From the NCBI GenBank assembly GCA_963818475.1, contig CAWFSF010000006.1:1408001-1472000 (forward strand): DNA of 64,000 nt, read 5' to 3'. Under the pieces are notes generated by a model. It worked only from the letters and a program-made list of their open reading frames with translations, did not search any database and was not told the origin of the DNA. The position numbers and the translations under genes were made by a program. Of this stretch, positions 41,801 through 52,025 are shown in pieces. Within the stretch, counting starts at the first letter, position 1; each line of letters opens with the position of its first letter. The DNA comes from Nitrospirota bacterium. Lineage in GTDB: Bacteria; Nitrospirota; UBA9217.

Positions 41801-42592
41801 CTATTCTGCATAGATGACGCGCACCAGGTACAGTCCATGCGCCGGCGCTGTACGTCCCGCGGTTGTACGGTCGCAGGACAAGAGCATCTGCTTCACATCC
41901 TCAGGCCGGAACCGACCGAGGCCCACTTCCACCAGCGTACCCGTGATATTGCGGACCATGTACTGAAGAAAGGAATCAGCTTCCAGCCGGATCTCGATCA
42001 TATCGGCGCTTTTCCTGATGATGATCGGTTTGAGCGTCCGTACCGGCGAGCTGGCACTGCACCCTGCCGCCCTGAATGCGGAGAAGTCATGCTGTCCGGT
42101 GAGGTATTCCGCCGCGCCCCGCATGGCCCGCATATTCAGCCGGAGGTTCACGTGCCATGCCGCATGACGATACAGGGCAGACGGCGCACGTCTGTTCAGG
42201 ATGCGATAGGAATATATTTTCCCACTCGCGCTGAACCGTGCGTGAAAATCCGGAGCAGCTTCCTCCGACGAGAGCACCCGGATGTCCTCAGGTAAAACAT
42301 GGTTCAGGGCCGGGGCCCATGCAGCAGGAGGAATAGGGCTGCTGATCACAACGCTGCAGACATACCCCAGGGCATGCACTCCGGCATCGGTCCTGCTGGA
42401 GCCGTTGACCTTCACGGGTTCGCCCGTCAGGCTTGAAAAGGCTTTTTCCAGCGTTTCCTGGACCGTTGCCTGTCCGCTGCCGGCCTGCGTCTGCCACCCG
42501 TGATAGTTCGTGCCTTCGTATTCAAGGGTGAGCTTGATATTTCTGGACACCGTTGCCTCAGAACGCCGGTCTGATCTTGTTTTGCCCGTCAT
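41801..42592 (-). CDS. truA: tRNA pseudouridine(38-40) synthase
   Basis: YEGTNYHGWQ, SRTDAGVHA, FHARF, HDFSAF, FLQYMVRN, APAHGLYL. Confidence 0.95.
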   Translation of the reverse strand: MTGKTRSDRRSEATVSRNIKLTLEYEGTNYHGWQTQAGSGQATVQETLEKAFSSLTGEPVKVNGSSRTDAGVHALGYVCSVVISSPIPPAAWAPALNHVLPEDIRVLSSEEAAPDFHARFSASGKIYSYRILNRRAPSALYRHAAWHVNLRLNMRAMRGAAEYLTGQHDFSAFRAAGCSASSPVRTLKPIIIRKSADMIEIRLEADSFLQYMVRNITGTLVEVGLGRFRPEDVKQMLLSCDRTTAGRTAPAHGLYLVRVIYAE

Positions 42593-42605
42593 CGCAGTGA
42601 TAGGT

Positions 42606-43307
42606 TCATTCTCCAAGATAGGCCTTTTTGATGCCCGGGTCATTCTCGAGCATCGCTGCCGGGCCCTGCATAACGATCTTCCCCGTCTCCATGACGTAGG
42701 CGCGATGCGCCAGCCGGAGAGCGGCTTTAGCATTCTGTTCCACGAGAAGGACCGTGGTGCCCTGCTGATTGATCTCTTTGATGATCTTGAAGATCCTGCT
42801 CACGATAATGGGGGCAAGACCGAGGGACGGCTCGTCGAGCAGCAGCAGTTTCGGCTTTGCCATCAGCGCCCTGCCGATGGCCAGCATCTGCTGTTCTCCG
42901 CCGGACAGGGTGCCGCCAAGCTGATGCCGCCTTCCTGCAAGCGCCGGGAACATCTCAAAGCACCGTTCCATGTCATCGGCCGTCTCCCGCTTGTTCCTGA
43001 CGAAGGCTCCCATCTCAAGGTTCTCGGCCACCGTCATCCGCGAAAAGATGCGTCTGCCTTCCGGGACCTGGGACACGCCCATGCGGACGATCTCGTGGGC
43101 AGGACGCCCGGCGATCGGAACCCCGTTGTAGACAATACTCCCCTGCTGCAGCATCGAAACACCCGAGATCGACATGAGCGTCGTCGATTTGCCGGCCCCG
43201 TTCGCGCCGATGAGCGCCACGATCTCGCCCTGTTCCACGTGAAGGCTGACTCCTTTGAGCGCTTCGATCATGCCATAGGAAACGACGATGCCGGTCAGTT
43301 CAAGCAT
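42606..43307 (-). CDS. livF: Branched-chain amino acid ABC ATPase
   Basis: GANGAGKST, VPEGRRIF, LSGGEQQMLAIGRALM, DEPSLGLAP, VEQN. Confidence 0.93.
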   Translation of the reverse strand: MLELTGIVVSYGMIEALKGVSLHVEQGEIVALIGANGAGKSTTLMSISGVSMLQQGSIVYNGVPIAGRPAHEIVRMGVSQVPEGRRIFSRMTVAENLEMGAFVRNKRETADDMERCFEMFPALAGRRHQLGGTLSGGEQQMLAIGRALMAKPKLLLLDEPSLGLAPIIVSRIFKIIKEINQQGTTVLLVEQNAKAALRLAHRAYVMETGKIVMQGPAAMLENDPGIKKAYLGE

Positions 43308-43346
43308 GCGCACCTCCCGGATAAAATCCGGAGAGGCAAATTGGCG

Positions 43347-43427
43347 GCCACAGAGAACGCAGAGGGAAGACCGGCAAGGGTCCTTCAACCTCTTGAGACC
43401 TCATACGTTCTCTGTGAACGCTGTGGT
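43347..43427. repeat. Palindromic element with 9-bp-period arms inside the liv operon
   Basis: GCCACAGAGAACGCAGAGG ... CGTTCTCTGTGAACGCTGTGGT. Confidence 0.7.
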
Positions 43428-43474
43428 TACTTTTTGGCATTACGCCGGTAGAAATGCCACAGAGGAAGCTCCGG

Positions 43475-44250
43475 TCAGTCATGGCGGCCCTCCTCCTTGC
43501 CGAGATAGGCCTCGATCACGGCAGGATCTTCCTGAATGTCCCGGGGCAGCCCCTCGGCGATCTTTACTCCGTGGTCGAGGACCAGCACGCGATCGGAGAT
43601 GCCCATGACCACCCTCATGTCATGCTCGATCAGGATGATGGCCACACCATTATCGCGGATCCTGCGGATAAGCGCCATGAGGTCCTGCGTTTCCTGCGGG
43701 TTCATGCCTGCTGCCGGCTCATCAAGCAGCAGCAGGTGCGGCTCGGTGCCGAGCGCCCGGGCGATCTCAAGCCGCCGTTGGTCACCGTAGGAAAGATTGG
43801 ATGCACGATCGTCGCTCTTGACCTCCAGGCCGACGAACTTCAGGATATCCATGGCGCGAAAGACCATGTCCCGTTCTTCCTTGCGCACCCGTTCCGGCCG
43901 GATGATGGCGCCGAACACGCCGGTCCTGGTCCGGCAATGGCCCGCGACCATGACGTTCTCCAGGCAGGTCATATCATTGAACAGGCGGATGTTCTGAAAC
44001 GTGCGGGCAACGCCCAGCGCCGTAATATCATGAGGCTGCATACCCGTGATGTCGTGGTCATGGAATAGATATGGTCCCTGCCGTGGGCTGATAGATCCCG
44101 GTGAGGCAGTTGAAGAACGTGGTTTTGCCGGCGCCATTGGGGCCGATAATGCTCACGATCCTCTCCCGGTCTACCCGCACATCGATGCCGTCGAGGGCAC
44201 TTGAGCCCGCCGAAATGTTTTGTCAGATTTTTTGTTTCCAGAAGATGCAT
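43475..44250 (-). CDS. livG: Branched-chain amino acid ABC ATPase (frameshifts)
   Basis: [59 protein letters not shown]. Confidence 0.9.
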
Positions 44251-44285
44251 AAGGCTAATGTCCGCTTCCTTTTCCGGATGTCGTT

Positions 44286-45434
44286 TTACTTTTTCACGGT
44301 TCCCAACAGGCCCTGCGGCCTGAAGATCATCATCAGCACCAGCGCCGCACCAAAGGCCAGCATCCGGTAATCCTGAAAATCCCTGAACACCTCGGGGAGC
44401 GCGATCAGCAGGAATGCCCCCAGAATGATCCCCGGAATACTGCCCATGCCGCCCAGCACCACCATGCACAGGATCATGACCGACTCAAAAAAGGTAAAGC
44501 TCTCGGGCGAAACAAAGGCCATCTTAGCGGCAAAAAATACACCCGCCAATCCCGCCCAGGCGGATCCGATGACAAAGGCCAGGAGCTTGAGCTTGAACGT
44601 ATTGATGCCCATGGCCTCTGCAGCGACCTCGTCCTCGCGGATCGCGATCCAGGCACGGCCGATGCGCGAGAACATCAGCCGGTTCACGGCATATATGGTC
44701 ACGGCAACGATAAGAACGATAAGGTAGTAGAAATCGAGCGGGGAAGAGAGGATATGGCCGCCGATCACCGGCCGCCCTATCCGGGAAATTCCGTTCGGCC
44801 CTCCGGTCAATGAGGCCCAGTTGTTCAGAACGATGCGGGTGATCTCTCCCAATCCCAGGGTAACGATGGCAAAATAATCTCCGCGCAGCCTGAGGGTCAC
44901 GGATCCGAGAAGCGTCGCGGCAGCGGCAGCGGTCAGCGCACCGATGAAAAGCCCCGGCCAGAAGGACAGCCCGAACCGCGTCGAGAGGATCGCATACGCA
45001 TAGGCTCCAACGGCATAGAATGCCACATACCCGAGGTTCAGGAGGCCTGTCTGGCCTACGATGATATTAAGGCCGAGGGCAAGAACGATATACATGCCGG
45101 TAAGCGTAAGGATATCCCGGTAATAATCGTTCAACAGAAGTGGCAGGAGGAGAAGAAGTGCGCTGATAACCGCTAATGCTGCGGGGGAGCTTATAGTGGG
45201 AGCAAGTGTTGACAGAGGTCCGCGCAACCGGGCAATGCTTCCGGCTGCTGACGAGCGAACGGCAACGATTGCCGCCGTCCTGTATACACGACGCAACAGC
45301 ACTGCCGCAGTTGCAACAGCAAAGACCGCCAACCCATTTCTGGCGCCGGTGAACGGAAGTACAAGCAGCCCAGCCCCAGCGGGAACCGCGAGGATCCTGC
45401 AGCGCATGGTCAATGTTCCCATTACCTTGTTCAT
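44286..45434 (-). CDS. livM: Branched-chain amino acid ABC permease
   Basis: LALGLNIIVG..GLLNLGYVAFYAVGAY, LRLRGDYFAIVTLG, AIREDE, RPQGL. Confidence 0.92.
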   Translation of the reverse strand: MNKVMGTLTMRCRILAVPAGAGLLVLPFTGARNGLAVFAVATAAVLLRRVYRTAAIVAVRSSAAGSIARLRGPLSTLAPTISSPAALAVISALLLLLPLLLNDYYRDILTLTGMYIVLALGLNIIVGQTGLLNLGYVAFYAVGAYAYAILSTRFGLSFWPGLFIGALTAAAAATLLGSVTLRLRGDYFAIVTLGLGEITRIVLNNWASLTGGPNGISRIGRPVIGGHILSSPLDFYYLIVLIVAVTIYAVNRLMFSRIGRAWIAIREDEVAAEAMGINTFKLKLLAFVIGSAWAGLAGVFFAAKMAFVSPESFTFFESVMILCMVVLGGMGSIPGIILGAFLLIALPEVFRDFQDYRMLAFGAALVLMMIFRPQGLLGTVKK

Positions 45435-45650
45435 AAGATTATGGATTATTGCATAAATACTGCACGATTTCAAGAACCTTCACAGCTGGCGCCGGTCATT
45501 TATTTTTCAGACTCGAAAATGATGCTCCAAAAGGACCTTCCTCGGCTAATCCAAAGAGGGAGCGCCCCCCCGCCGCAAAAATTCTTCTTCTTCCACGGTT
45601 CTTCTCCATTTGACATTCCTGACGCTCATGGTTAAGATATCAAACAGAAT

Positions 45651-47072
45651 ATGACAAAAATAGTAAAATTATCGATTCTGGCTTTCTGGCTGGTGATGCT
45701 TGCGCTTCTCATCGAACGCACCTATCTCCGGCCGTCCACGGTCATCGCCCTCGATGTCATCAGCGAGGAAGGTGTTCGCACCGGCGACGAATGGTTCGGC
45801 ATCTATCAGCAGGACCGCAAGATCGGGTATGCCCATACACGCATACTGCGCGAAGCCGACACCTACCATCTTTTCGAGGAATCCGAGCTCGACATTCTTG
45901 CGCTCGGGTCCGTGCAGCGCGTTAAAACGGTCATCAACAGCTATGCCGCGAAGAATTTTCAGCTCAAATATTTCGACTTTACCCTGACATCCGACCTGAC
46001 CGACCTGACCGTCAAGGGTGCAGTGGTCGGCAAAAAACTTCTGCTCGACATCACCAGCGGCGGTCAGACCAGAAATGAACGCATTCACCTTGTCAAACCT
46101 CCCTATCTCTCGCCGAACGTCAAACCGGCGCTGGTGCTCCTCGGCCTCGAGCAGGGCAAACGATTCTCATTCCCCCTGTTCAATCCCGCCACCATGAATA
46201 CCGAAGAAGCAACGGTCACGGTGGAATCCAGGGAACGCATAAAAGTTGGCGACCGGGATATGGCAGTGTACAAGCTCAAAGAATCCTTTCAGGGGATGGA
46301 GGCCTTCTCCTGGATCACCGAAGAGGGAGAGACCCTCAAGGAGGAAAGCGCGCTTGGTTATGTGCTTTTACGGGAGACCAGGACCGAAGCACTGAAACGG
46401 GACAAGCGGGGGCCTGCCGTAGACATCATCTCGCTGACGATGATCCCGTCGGACCCCATCAAAGACTGGAGCCGCGTACGGCATCTCAAGGCACGCCTCA
46501 AGGGCGCCCCGCTCAAGGGCTTCCAGCTTCAAAGCGACCGGCAGTCACTTGCAGGCGATGTAATCGACATAACGGTGCAGGACCCCGCTGCCTCGTTCAC
46601 GATCCCCTACCCGGAAACGGACCTTCGTGAGCACCTGCTGCCGTCGGCATTGATCCAGAGCGATGACCCGAAGATCAAAAGCACGGCAGCGCGCATCCTC
46701 GCCGGGCAGCGCGATTCCCGGCAGGCCGCCAGGACGTTGAACGAGTGGGTATACAACAACCTTGAGAAAAAACCGGTTGTCAGCATTCCCAGCGCTTTGG
46801 AAATTCTCGAACAGCGCGTTGGCGACTGCAATGAACACACCACGCTGTTCACGGCACTGGCGCGCGCAGCCGGCATCCCCACGCGCATGGCCGGCGGCAT
46901 CGTCTATATGGACGACGGATTCTATTACCACGCCTGGCCGGAGGTCTGGCTCGGACAATGGACCGCAATCGATCCGACATTCAACCAGTTTCCGGCTGAC
47001 GCCACCCACATCAGGTTCGTCACCGGCAACCTCGATCAACAGACGCAGATCATGAGGCTCGTGGGAAATTGA
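45651..47072 (+). CDS. Membrane-anchored transglutaminase-like domain protein (3' end probably frameshifted)
   Basis: N-terminal TM; GDCNEH, YHAWPEV, IDPT Cys-His-Asp triad. Confidence 0.87.
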   Translation: MTKIVKLSILAFWLVMLALLIERTYLRPSTVIALDVISEEGVRTGDEWFGIYQQDRKIGYAHTRILREADTYHLFEESELDILALGSVQRVKTVINSYAAKNFQLKYFDFTLTSDLTDLTVKGAVVGKKLLLDITSGGQTRNERIHLVKPPYLSPNVKPALVLLGLEQGKRFSFPLFNPATMNTEEATVTVESRERIKVGDRDMAVYKLKESFQGMEAFSWITEEGETLKEESALGYVLLRETRTEALKRDKRGPAVDIISLTMIPSDPIKDWSRVRHLKARLKGAPLKGFQLQSDRQSLAGDVIDITVQDPAASFTIPYPETDLREHLLPSALIQSDDPKIKSTAARILAGQRDSRQAARTLNEWVYNNLEKKPVVSIPSALEILEQRVGDCNEHTTLFTALARAAGIPTRMAGGIVYMDDGFYYHAWPEVWLGQWTAIDPTFNQFPADATHIRFVTGNLDQQTQIMRLVGN

Positions 47073-47180
47073 AAGTGGACGTGCTGGAATACAGTAACGG
47101 ACCTCAGTGAAGCAATGGATTCAAAGTCAAATCGAAGAGCATATTGAATAGTCTTTTCAGTTTAAAACCGAAAGGGCGCT

Positions 47181-47910
<730 letters not shown>

Positions 47911-47970
47911 ATGTAACTATTCAGCATTTCTGTCCCCAGAAAGGCGTTACACGGGAGAAAACCCTTTTGT

Positions 47971-48046
47971 CCGCAGATTTCGCATATAACGCAGATTTAA
48001 TAAAATAATCCAGGCTTGTTAATCTGTGAAATCGGCGCAATCTGCG
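47971..48046. repeat. Palindromic element upstream of sulP
   Basis: CCGCAGATTTCGCATATAACGCAGATT ... AATCTGTGAAATCGGCGCAATCTGCG. Confidence 0.7.
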
Positions 48047-48133
48047 AATTATATGTTGACCTGTGCAGTCACTAATAAATATTCAATCTTTTAATCCTGA
48101 ATCCTATCTGTCCCATTCGCACTGGAGCGTACC

Positions 48134-49876
48134 ATGAATGCAGCAAAATTCTTCCCTTTTTTAAAATGGTGGCCGTCAGTCAATAAACGAACGACTCGTG
48201 CCGACATCCTGGCAGGCTTGACCGGAGCGGTCATTGTCCTTCCCCAGGGCGTGGCTTTTGCCCTTATTGCCGGACTGCCGCCGGAATACGGGCTTTATGC
48301 CGCGATCGTTCCGACGGTCATTGCCGCGCTGTTCGGATCGTCCCACCACCTCATATCAGGCCCAACAACAGCCATCTCCATCGTCATATTCACCACCATC
48401 AGCCCCCTGACGGACCCGGGCAGTGCAGAATATATTCGCATGGTGCTCACGCTCACGTTTATGGCGGGGATCTTCCAGATGGCCCTGGGTCTCGCACGGC
48501 TGGGCGCTCTGACCAATTTCGTTTCGCATTCCGTGGTGGTCGGGTTCACGTCGGGGGCGGCCCTCCTCATAGCTGCAAGCCAGATCAGCAATTTCATAGG
48601 CGTCCCCGGCTCGAAGCGCCATGCCTTTATCCACGTGATGGAGGACATGAGCGGCCTGCTGCCCCGGACGAATCCCTATGTGGTCGCCGTAGCCCTCATT
48701 ACACTGATCGCCGCGCTCATTTTCAAGCGATATGCCCCGCGCTGGCCGGGCATGCTCATTGCCATGGTGATCGGCAGTGGACTGAATTTATTGATAAACG
48801 GAAAGGAACACGGCGTCCGCCTCATCGGTTCGCTGCCGCAACATCTGCCGCCCCTCTCCCTTCCGGACCTGTCAACATCCTCAATACGCCAGCTGGCGCC
48901 GGCAGCGCTGGCCGTGTCCATGCTCGGCCTCGCAGAAGCGGTGTCCATAGCCCGCGCAGTCGCCACGCGCTCGAACCAGCGCATTGACAGCAACCAGGAG
49001 TTCATCGGCCAGGGCCTATCGAACCTGATCGGCAGTTTTTTTTCGAGCTATGCCGCCTCGGGATCGTTCACCCGCACGGGGGTCAATTACGAAGCAGGAG
49101 CGAAGACACCCATGGCCGCCGTCTATGCAGCGCTTTCCCTGACCGCGGTTCTGCTGCTCATTGCTCCGCTTACAGCCTATCTTCCCTTCGCGGCAATGGC
49201 GGGGATACTGTTGATCGTGGCCTACGGTCTTATCGATTTTCACCACATCAGGACCATCATTAAGACCAGCAGACAGGAGGCGGCCGTTATGGGCATCACG
49301 TTCCTTGCAACCCTGCTGGTGGAACTGGAGTTCGCCATCTATGTGGGGGTGATCCTGTCGCTGCTGCTCTATCTCAACCGTACGTCACATCCGCGTTTCA
49401 TCACCATGGTCCCCGACCCGGACAGCGATCGTCGGAGCTTCATCAACATCGCGAAGAAACCGCTGCCCGAGTGCCCGCAGATGAAGATCATCCGGGTCGA
49501 CGGTTCGCTCTTCTTCGGCGCCGTCACCTATTTTTCGGACCAGCTGCGGGGGATCACGAAGCACTACTCGGAGCAGACCCATATCCTCATCATCGGCAGC
49601 GGCATCAACTTCATCGATGTGGCAGGGTGCGAAACCCTCGTCAATGAGGCGCACAATCTTCATATGAACGGCAGGCAGCTCTTCCTCAGTTCGCTCAAGG
49701 GAAACGTGCGCGACATCCTTCAGCGCGGCGGGTATCTGGAGCGCATCGGCGCGGACCATATTTTCCCCTTCAAAGAAGAAGCGATAAAGTACCTGGTGCC
49801 GCATCTTGACCCCGAGCGGTGCCGCGTCTGTAAGGTGCGTATTTTCCACGAGTGTGCGCAGATGCCGGGAGCATGA
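48134..49876 (+). CDS. SulP family anion transporter with STAS domain
   Basis: DILAGLT..V..PQGVAFA.IAGLPPEYGLY, ISGPT, SNQE, ASGSFTRT, DGSLFFG; Cys-rich tail. Confidence 0.93.
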   Translation: MNAAKFFPFLKWWPSVNKRTTRADILAGLTGAVIVLPQGVAFALIAGLPPEYGLYAAIVPTVIAALFGSSHHLISGPTTAISIVIFTTISPLTDPGSAEYIRMVLTLTFMAGIFQMALGLARLGALTNFVSHSVVVGFTSGAALLIAASQISNFIGVPGSKRHAFIHVMEDMSGLLPRTNPYVVAVALITLIAALIFKRYAPRWPGMLIAMVIGSGLNLLINGKEHGVRLIGSLPQHLPPLSLPDLSTSSIRQLAPAALAVSMLGLAEAVSIARAVATRSNQRIDSNQEFIGQGLSNLIGSFFSSYAASGSFTRTGVNYEAGAKTPMAAVYAALSLTAVLLLIAPLTAYLPFAAMAGILLIVAYGLIDFHHIRTIIKTSRQEAAVMGITFLATLLVELEFAIYVGVILSLLLYLNRTSHPRFITMVPDPDSDRRSFINIAKKPLPECPQMKIIRVDGSLFFGAVTYFSDQLRGITKHYSEQTHILIIGSGINFIDVAGCETLVNEAHNLHMNGRQLFLSSLKGNVRDILQRGGYLERIGADHIFPFKEEAIKYLVPHLDPERCRVCKVRIFHECAQMPGA

Positions 49877-49898
49877 CAGTGAGACAAAAACCTCTTTT

Positions 49899-50013
49899 AC
49901 CACGGAGGCACGGAGACACAGAGAAGGTCAAGAGCTTTGATCACTGGTTTTAAACCAGAGCTGAAAGACTTTGGTCCACTCAGCTACTCTCCGTGCCTCG
50001 TGTCTCCGTGGTA
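49899..50013. repeat. Palindromic element downstream of sulP
   Basis: ACCACGGAGGCACGGAGACACAGAG ... CTCTCCGTGCCTCGTGTCTCCGTGGT. Confidence 0.78.
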
Positions 50014-50051
50014 CATTTTTACTTTTTCGTTATGAAAAGGAATACCATACG

Positions 50052-51745
50052 ATGATCCATCTCCTCACACCCCGCTATTATGCAGTCAGAAACCGCATGA
50101 CACGGCTCGCGCCCGGCGACGGGCTGAAGACCCTCATGCTCGCCCTGCTCGGGCTCGGTTTCTGGGCTTTCCTGTTCGCCATCTCCTTCAAGGTCCTTTC
50201 CTATTTCAGGACCATCGAGGGGCTGGGAGACCTGCTCGCGCTCAGGCTCTTGTCGATGATCCTGTTGACGTTCTTCTCGATCCTGGTCTTCAGCAATATC
50301 GTCACGTCCCTCTCGACCTTCTATTTGTCGGGCGAACTCGACATCCTGCTCTCGGCACCGGTGAAGATCGAGGACATCTTCCGGGCAAAATTCATGGAGA
50401 CCATCATTGATTCGTCCTGGATGACGCTGATCTACGGGTTGCCCGTCTTTATCGCCTACGGCACGGTGTTCCAAGCCTCGCTCTGGTACTATCTCGGGCC
50501 TGATCGCCACCATGGTCCCTTTTCTGATCATTCCTGCGGTCATCGGCATCATCATCACCATGCTGCTGGTGAACGCCTTCCCGGCACGTCGGGCCAAGGA
50601 CATCCTGGTGCTCCTGGGCCTTCTGTTCTTTGTGGCCATCTACATCCTCTTTCGCATGCTCAGGCCTGAAAAGCTCGTGGACCCGGATACGTTCCCCACG
50701 CTCGTCCAGTACCTGACTGCCATGCGCGGACCGGTCTCACCCCTGCTGCCCTACCTCTTGGGCGATCGGAGGTGCTTTCTCCGCTGCTTCGCAGATCGGG
50801 CGGCGATGCCGGTTTCTATCTGCTCATGCTCTGGAGCACTGCCGGCGCAGGGGTCGTGATCGGTGAATGGGTCTGCAGCAGGATCTATTACACAGGCTGG
50901 TCCCGTTCGCAGGAGGGAAAAAAGGCGCCGATCTCCCGCTCCCCGCTTGCCGATGCCCTCTTCAATTTCCTCTCCCGGCCCTTCCCGGGAAAAATGCGCA
51001 CCATCGTGCTGAAGGACATAAAGCTCTTCTTCCGCGACACCTCGCAATGGTCGCAGCTGTTCCTGCTGCTGGCGCTCATTATCGTATACCTCTACAGCTT
51101 CAAGCTGCTGCCGCTCGAGCGCGCAGCCATGCCCAGTTTCTATCTGCAGAACCTGATCTCCTTTCTGAACCTCGGCATGGTGGGATTCGTCACCTCGGCC
51201 GTGGCCGTCCGGTTCGTGTTCCCGGCGGTGAGCCTTGAGGGCGCTGCCTTCTGGATCATCCGTTCAGCTCCGCTCTCGATCAGCGATTTTCTCTGGGCCA
51301 AGTTCTGGAGCAGCCTGCTGCCGCTCCTGGTACTGGCCGAGATGCTGATCGTGCTCTCCAACACGCTGCTGAAGGTCACCCCCTTCATGATGGGTCTCGG
51401 CATCGTGACGGTCTGCATGATGACCTTCGGCATTACCGCACTCGGCGTGGGACTGGGCGCCGTCTTCCCCAGATTCAAACACGAGAACGTCGCCCAGATA
51501 CCGACCGGCTTCGGCGGCATCGTGTACATGCTGGTGACCATGCTGTTCATCGGCTCGGTCATCATTCTCGAAGCCTGGCCCGTTTACCGCATTTTTACGG
51601 CACAGACCTTCGGCAGCCTCCATATCCGCCGTCCGGATGGACAGGAATTGCCCTCTCCTTTACATCGGCTCTGCTCGTCAACGTTCTGGCAGTGTACCTG
51701 CCTCTTTCTCTGGGACTGAAGAAGCTGGCCCAGCGGGAAATATAG
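50052..51745 (+). CDS. Putative ABC-2-type exporter permease, about 560 aa (several frameshifts)
   Basis: Multi-TM; FYLSGELDILLSAPV, KDIKLFFRD..QWSQ, FPAVSLEG.AFW. Confidence 0.8.
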
Positions 51746-51764
51746 ATAATTCCCATCCGGGTAC

Positions 51765-51810
51765 TTATCCACATACTTATCAACATCACAATAACCACAA
51801 TATATAGTAT
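51765..51810 (+). promoter_or_regulatory. Two DnaA boxes and an NrdR-like box upstream of smc
   Basis: TTATCCACA (51765-51773), TTATCAACA (51777-51785), CCACAATATATAGTAT (51795-51810). Confidence 0.6.
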
Positions 51811-51850
51811 ATGCTCTATAAAATCAACACCTTAGCTTGTTATTTTTCGC

Positions 51851-51879
51851 TTTACAAACCCGGTTTCTTATGATATAAA
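51851..51879 (+). promoter_or_regulatory. sigma70 promoter of smc
   Basis: TTTACA-N17-TATAAA with TG extension. Confidence 0.55.
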
Positions 51880-52025
51880 CTTGCTCAAAGATAACAACGT
51901 TAAAAACGGTGATCCGGTACGCTCGCGATGTTCGCCGGGTCATTTCCACCGGGCAGATCGTTCCCTTTCTCTCATTTTTTTCAAAAAATTCATAGTTCAT
52001 AAATTCTTTTCACCAGAGGAGACCT

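Noticed and set aside
42606-45434. Incomplete liv operon (no livH or livK) as something novel
   Set aside because: Split liv loci are common; the missing genes are probably elsewhere in the genome.
51765-51785. Replication origin at the DnaA boxes
   Set aside because: Only two boxes and no dnaA/dnaN/gidA context; a promoter-regulatory role is more likely.
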